A DNA stretch of 64,000 bases from Lama guanicoe. Taxonomy: Eukaryota. Every line of letters starts with the position of its first letter. The first letter of the stretch is position 1. The stretch is from the NCBI GenBank assembly GCA_013239625.1, contig MU057344.1:1738276-1802275 (forward strand). The letters run 5' to 3'. The notes below the pieces were generated by a model. That model had not been told where the DNA came from and made no database searches. It saw nothing but the letters and a program-made list of their open reading frames with translations. The translations under genes were made by a program, and so were the position numbers. This document shows positions 57,801 through 64,000 of this stretch, piece after piece.

Positions 57801-57989
57801 TGAGGACAGCTTCGTGGTCCAGGACTACGCCCAGGTGGACCACATCCAGGTCCAGAAGATGGAGCCCTCGGAGCTCTCTCTGCCAGGGGGCGGCAACCGC
57901 TGCTCCTCCGTGCCGCACCCCTTCCAGCTGACTCTGCTGCATAACAGCGAGGGCCGCCAGGAGAGGCTCCTGCTGTCCTCTGACTCCGC
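57801..57989 (+). CDS. ARHGEF16: ARHGEF16 exon 12 (PH)
   Basis: ctgcag|T GAG; [17 protein letters not shown]...LLLSSDS(A); donor GC|gtaag. Confidence 0.95.
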
Positions 57990-58891
57990 GTAAGGCTGGG
58001 CTCTGGGAGGGGCAGCCCTCACAGCTCCGTGGGGACGTGGTCAGTGTTCCCGGGCGCTGCACTGTGCCAGGGACAGCCTAGTCCTCACACAGTTCACACC
58101 TTGGGGGCGGGGGGGCAGGACATGCCAGCCACAAGATGCGCAGCTGAACCATCTGGTGTGACCAAGGGATGCAGACTAAGGAGCAAAGCAAGGCAGGGAA
58201 GGGAGCGCCCAGTTGGGGCTGGGCCGGAAGCCTCCCCAGCAAGGCAGCCCAGGGTCGCAGAGGAGGGGGAGGTTCTGGCAGAGGCACGGCAGTGCAAAGG
58301 CCCTGGGGCAGGAGGCCCCTGCCCAGGAGGACAGCAGGCTGGAGCACAGGGTCGGGATACGGGGGTGGTGAGGTCAGAGAGTGGGGACCAGCATACAGAA
58401 AGGTGCTGGCTCAGCTTCCACGCTCCCTCCTTTCCGGTAAGGAGGCGAGGCTGAGCATGTTCAACAGCAAGCTGACAAGTGCAGGGCGCTCTGGGCCCAG
58501 GGCCACGGAACAGGGAGGCCTGGGTTCTGCGGGGACAGCCGCCGCCCGACTCTGTGGCCCTGGGCAGGTATGACTTAGGATCAGCCTGCCTTGGAGGAGG
58601 CCTGCCTGCCACTTCTTCACATGTCCGTGACTACCTGTGCAGTGACCCCCAGTGCAGTGGGTCTGGGAGGCAGGGGGCCACCCATGCACACCTCCTGGCT
58701 CAGGGCCCACTCACCACAGGGCACCCAAGGCAGCCTGAGCCTGCATCCAACTGCTTATCCCACCTCAAAGGTTGTGGGGGTTGCTCAGGGACCCCCTATC
58801 TTCCCACCATGCCATGCTGTGGGGGCGGGGTCTGAGATCACCAGCTGGTGGAGTCAGCCCCAGGCCTCGCTCAGGCTCTGTCTGCCCCCAG

Positions 58892-58965
58892 GAGTGACCG
58901 GGCACGGTGGGTCACGGCCCTCACGCACAAGGAGAGGCAGGAGCGGGGCCCCACCAACAAAGGAG
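58892..58965 (+). CDS. ARHGEF16: ARHGEF16 exon 13
   Basis: ccccag|G AGT; SDRARWVTALTHKERQERGPTNKG; donor G|gtgag. Confidence 0.94.
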
Positions 58966-59502
58966 GTGAGTGGCTGCCCTGCCCTGGGCTGAGGGTCGGC
59001 CTGGAGAGGAGAGGTGCCGTGCAGCCTTCTGTCTGCCTCAGGGCCTGCCCCCAGGGTGGCCTGCCAGGGTGGGGGTGGGGCTCCAGCCCCACGTGTGTGC
59101 CATCTGTGGGCACAGACCCAGCAGCAATGCTCAGGGTCTCATCCTCCCTGCACTGGGGAGGGAGCGCCGCCCAGTGGCTGCAGAAACTCAGGCCGAAGAG
59201 CTGGAGTGGACTGGCCTGCGGATCTGTCAGCCCAGCTCCGGCCCTGCTCGGCCCTTAGTAGCCGGGAGCGCTCTCTGCCGGTGCTGGACGCTTTGGCCCC
59301 GGAATCGCAGCTTCTGGAGCGGTCCTTGCTTTAGCTGAAGGGAAGCTGCCACGTGTCCATGTGCTGGGACACCTGAGGGCCCCACCGGGGCCAGGCCACA
59401 GAGGGTGGGTTGGAGCTGGGCCCTGCCCGACTCAGGCTGCAGAGCGCCCGGCCCACCCCGACCCTGCAACAGTCCTGTCACTGACGCCTCCACCCCCTGC
59501 AG

Positions 59503-59604
59503 ACCTGCTCCAGGTGGAGATCACCAAGGCCTACTTGGCCAAGCAGGTAGACGAGATCACGCTGCAGCAGGCAGATGTGGTCCTGGTCCTGGAGCACGAG
59601 GATG
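59503..59604 (+). CDS. ARHGEF16: ARHGEF16 exon 14 (SH3 N-half)
   Basis: ctgcag|AC CTG; [34 protein letters not shown]; donor G|gtaag. Confidence 0.95.
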
Positions 59605-60114
59605 GTAAGCACAGTGGGGTGGGCGTGGGGCAGGCGGGAGGGGCTGGTGCCGAGCGAGCATCTGAGGCCCCGGGGAGAGTCCAGAGCACGTGGCACGGGC
59701 AGCTGTCCCGAGCCCGCCCTCCCCAGGAGCAGTCACTGCCCGAGCTCATGGTGGGCCTGATTCCCACGCCCCCTCCAGCACCCTCCATCAAGGATGTCTT
59801 CAAATGTCCCAGAGTCATAGCATCAAAAGTGGGCTCTCGGTCCCAGTATCCTAAGTGGGAGGGGTGGCCCCTGCGCACACCTGTACAGGATGGGCAAACC
59901 AGGCTGGAACGTGCTCAGCCCCTGATACTGGTGTCGGGACCTAGTTTCCCATCAGGTGCCCTTGAGCAAGGCCTGCGGGGTATGGGGGCGGCCCCAAGGA
60001 ATGCTGGGCCCTGGCGTCTCCTGGAGCAGCAGCTCCGAGGACCGGGGGTGCCAACGCTGGGCCCCTGCCTGGTCCTCAGGACCCTGCTCTCACCTGCCCT
60101 GTGTCTGGGTTCAG

Positions 60115-60254
60115 GATGGTTCTATGGCGAGAGGCTGCGGGATGGAGAAACCGGCTGGTTCCCCGAGGACTTTGCCCGGAGCATCACGAGCCGCGAGGCC
60201 GTGGAGGACAACGTGCGCAGGATGGAGCGGCTGCGGGTGGAGACGGATGTATAG
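60115..60254 (+). CDS. ARHGEF16: ARHGEF16 exon 15, coding part (SH3 C-half, PDZ-binding ETDV)
   Basis: ttcag|GA TGG; [21 protein letters not shown]...RLRVETDV then TAG. Summed CDS is 2124 nt = 707 aa plus stop. Confidence 0.96.
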
Positions 60255-60751
60255 CCGGGCCTGCGGGCACATCACCAGACCCCACTGTGGTCCACACTCT
60301 AGCAAGTGGCCGTGCCCATCTTCAGGGGGCCTGGAAGGTCCCTGGTCCCTCTGAGGCCCCACGGGCTGCAGCACGTGCTCCAGACACTTCCAAGGAGGAA
60401 GGTCCCGCCTGCTCGTCGGGGAGCACCCGCCAGATGGGCTCACGGAGCGGTGCCAGCCCGGGCCCAGCTGTGTCCCCGGGAGGACCCCAGCCCGGCCCTG
60501 TGCCCTGCTGCTGGCTGCGCCCTCCCCCAGCTCCTGGCCGCCCCACTCTGCCCTCCTGTGCACCCGCAGGGCAGTTGGGCGGTGGGCGTGAGATAGAGGG
60601 ATGACCCTGAGGGTGCCCCTCCCACAGCGCTCCTGCCCCAGTGCAAGACGAAGCGGGCCTGGAGGGCCTGGGGCTGCCCTGCGTCCGGGGGCAGGTGGGC
60701 AGCTGGAGAGAGGTGATCCTGCAGCGCCATCCCTGGAACTGTGACTGAGAC

Positions 60752-60757
60752 ATTAAA
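60752..60757 (+). terminator. ARHGEF16 polyadenylation signal ATTAAA
   Basis: ATTAAA ~500 nt after the stop codon, followed by GU-containing sequence. Confidence 0.75.
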
Positions 60758-63700
60758 GTGTTTCTTTAATGCCTGAATGTGCACGTTGAACGTGAACCCG
60801 GGTGAAGGCCACACAAGTCCCTGCAAAATCCCCACAGTGCCGTGGGCCGGAGCTGGCCCCCGTGTGTGTGGTCACGCTCGTGGTCCCGGTGCTAGACCTC
60901 GGCCCTGGCCTGTCTGGAGCCTGGAGCGTCACGGCAATTCCATCCCCACGAGCCCTTGGGGCCCAGCCTGCCCAGTGGGTCTGAGGACTTAGGGCGTGGC
61001 AGAGCCTGAGGGAGACCCTCCAGGGTGTTCCCCATCCATCTCCTCCCTCACGGCCCCACCTCCCAGCCGGTCTGCTCCCCAAGGACCCCCTGTGACATGC
61101 AGGTGGGAGAGGCAGGCTGGCCTGGCCTCTGAGTGGTCAGCCAGCCTGGACGGGGAAGAAGTGTCCTGCTTGCCAGAGAGGGTGATGGCCCACCTGGGTG
61201 GGCAGGGCGCTGCTGGGCCAGGTGCCAAGAGGACAGTCGGCTCCCAGGGGAACCCCCCGCCAGCCCTCCCAGTTCCCGCGCATGGCGCCTTTCTCAGCTC
61301 CAGCAGTGCTGTCCTCGGTGGGGGCTCCCAGCGTTCTCCTGACCAGCTGCCCGGATCCTGCTGGGGCGCTGTCTTCTTTGTAAAAGCCGGGGTGTGGATT
61401 CCCACCTGCCAACCACCAGTGGGTGACTGGGACTGGCTGCAGGAGGAAGTGGAGGAGCAGGCTGGGCCAGGGGGAGGAGACTGAGGGGTGGGGCCGATCC
61501 TGGCCCCACCCACTGAACCAGGTGGTAGAGGGGTTTGGCCCCGGGAGGGAGGGGCTGCTCCTCCCTACTAACCTCCAAGGTGACTTTGGCCCCAGGCAGC
61601 TGGAAAGACCCACCCTGGGTCAGAGCCCAAGCAGGGCCACCGGGCAGAGGGGTGGGGGTGGGAGCTCTGAAGGACGGGGGATAGGGCAGGGCCAGGCTCA
61701 GTGCAAGAGGCACGGTCTGCGGTTGGGGTCACCGGAGACCAGGCCCTGCTCCTGGGCAGGTGAGCATCTGGGGCCTCCGTTTGCCCACCTGTGAGCTGAC
61801 TCCCTGCCTTTCTCCTGGAGCGGCCACGGGGGCAAGCTGGTGCCGGGCGAGGCGAGGCGTGTGCGTGTGCGTGTGGGCAGGCACGTGCCCAGCAGGAGCA
61901 GTGGGCACATCTGTGTAAGCCAGCTACTCTGCAGCCTGCCTGCTCCCTCTCACTGCTGACCCGACCCCTGGGGAGGCAGGCCAGCCCACCACCCATCCTC
62001 TGCCAGCTACATTTCCAGTTAGTGGAGCCAAGTGGGTTTGGAAAAGCCCTGGGGCTACGTCCTGGCTTTAGTGACCCGGGGCCAGCGGCCTCAGCACGGT
62101 TTCCTTCTGCAGAGTGGATGCTGCCCAGGAAGCCGGGAGTAAGAGCACTTAGCCTTGGGAAAGGACGTCCCAGGACCCTGGGGAGGGGCTGCCACTGGGC
62201 ACAGGCTGTTGAGGTGGCTAGGTGCGCCTGAGAAGGACCAAGCCAGGCCAGCTCTGGACAAGAACCCTTCCAGCAGAATCAGGAAGTGCAGGGCCCTGCA
62301 GCGAGGCCTGGAGGGGCCAAGACCGGTGGGTGGGGGCGGTGAGAAGAGGCCAGGCTTTCCCCAGCACCAGTGCCTGGGCTCCAGCCCTGTGGGCACAGGC
62401 ATCATGACCCCCTCAAGCATGGCAAGGCTAGCTGCCCCCCCCCCGCCCCAGCCAGGGTGCTCAGACCTGCTTCTTGCTGAGCCCGTCCTCTTAGGGTCAC
62501 AGACAACCTCAGGGTTGGAGCCAGGTGACACTCACCCCTCTAGATAACAGGGGTCCTGCACAGGCCCAGCCACACCTGCTCACCGGCTCTGCTGGGGAGG
62601 GGGCAGCACCGGCGGCAGGGCCTATCTAGCCCGGCCCCTCTTCCCAGCCAACTGCACCGCCCTTCCTGCTACAAAGTGGGGAGGCTGAGGCCCAAAGACG
62701 CTCTGCCCACTGCTGGGGTCAGTGGGCTTGTGGGGGGCCACTGAGGCTTCCCAGCCAACCCCAGACAGTGCCCAGGATGGGGTCTGGCAGGAACAGACAC
62801 TGCGGTGTCCCAGCCGTCCCACAGGAGCCCCTCGCCTCGGGGCACCACGGTGGATGCGACTGCAGGGCAGTGGGGAGTGGGGGCTGGTGCCGGGGCCTGC
62901 AGTGGTGCCCCTTCCCCAGAGCCGCCCTGGGCACCTCAGTGTCCAGCCCCGAGGGGCAGTGGGCACCCCTCCCGCTCCCTGGGGTGTGTGGGTCCCAGGC
63001 ACACAGAGGCCAGGGAGAGTGGTCACACAGCTGGACGGCCCAGTCATCCCTCTGTTGGGGGCGGGGTGGGGAGCATCAGGGGCTGAGGAAAGTCCATCAC
63101 CCCGGGGCCTGGAGGCCACCCCTAGGGCGCCACGTGTCCTTGTAAATCAGTATCCCTTCTATGGGATGGGAACACAATTTACACAAAGGGTGTGTTCCTG
63201 TGACCTCACTGCATGCTGCACAGGTTTTAGGCCCTCTCTCTGCACATCTGGCTTGCTGCCGTCTACCGCCCCCCGATGGCCAGCGGGGACACTGCGGCCC
63301 AGCCCTCGGCCTTTAACACATCCAAAGACCCGGCCGCCCACGGTGGGACCCAGCTGTGCCCAGGGTTCCCCCAACCCTGACGCCTCACTGAGAGCCCTCG
63401 GACCCCGGGGGGTAAAGCTCTGTACCAGTGTGTAGACCTGCAGACCCTGGCTTCTGCACCCACACCCGCAGGCCCCTGGGGTTCCCCGACTCGCTCACCT
63501 CCCGACTCCGACTCGCCAGCACTCCTGAGGTCGGACCCTGGTCCGTGCTGGACACCCCACATCGCACCCCAGTGGCCACCCGCCTACCCCGTCGCCAGCA
63601 CCAAGCTGACCTGAGGCTGGCTGGGACGGCATCCCCAGTCTCTGGCCCCCACAATCCTCTGAGACCCTGAGGACTTCACCAGATGAATCTGGTGTTTGTG

Positions 63701-64000
63701 GGTTTGCCGCCATGTGGACCGGGGCCTTATTTTGTATTGTTTTCTGCTTGCCCCTCGGCGGCACTGAGGAACTATGACTGTCACAGGTTTACACGTTTCA
63801 TGTCATTTGTGTGATTTTATGGCCCACTTTGCCAAATTCTGGTAGTCATGCCAGCCTGTCTCTGATCCTCTGAGCTTTCCGGTAGCAACAGTCCCGCCCC
63901 CGAAACCGGGCCAGGTGGCCCCTTCCCCGCGGGTCCGCACACCTCCTGCTCCACCTCACCTGACAGTGTGCCCTGGGCTCCTCTGAGCTCTGCTGGGGCC

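Noticed and set aside
60800-64000. MEGF6 3' end expected by synteny
   Set aside because: No EGF-repeat exon or convincing minus-strand terminal exon recognised; it probably lies beyond the window.
1-64000. A previously undescribed gene system
   Set aside because: All convincing coding signal is accounted for by PRDM16 and ARHGEF16; no tRNA, rRNA or recognisable ncRNA gene was seen.

Overview
GC-rich mammalian genomic DNA syntenic to human 1p36.32. It contains the 3' half of PRDM16 (+ strand, coding exons 9-17 by human numbering, stop at 20755, ~4.7 kb 3'UTR with AATAAA at 25398) and the complete ARHGEF16/Ephexin-4 gene (+ strand, CpG-island promoter and non-coding exon 1 near 37.2 kb, 14 coding exons 45582-60254, 707 aa, ATTAAA at 60752). 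All splice junctions were read by eye as GT-AG and keep frame. There are three assembly gaps. Old eutherian repeats are present (MIR, MLT1, MER20, L1M), plus a nested MLT1/ERV1-LTR/L1 stack whose L1 3' end looks camelid-type, so the species may be a camel or alpaca (inference). This is a known locus and I see no new gene system. The best leads are regulatory or isoform-level: a stop-free in-frame last intron splitting the ARHGEF16 SH3 domain, a palindromic two-strand poly(A) signal, an AT3-rich PRDM16 exon 16, the nested transposon stack, a 3'UTR VNTR and candidate enhancers. Most of the supplied ORFs are GC-content artefacts. Orthologue and repeat-consensus comparisons are from memory and were not computed.
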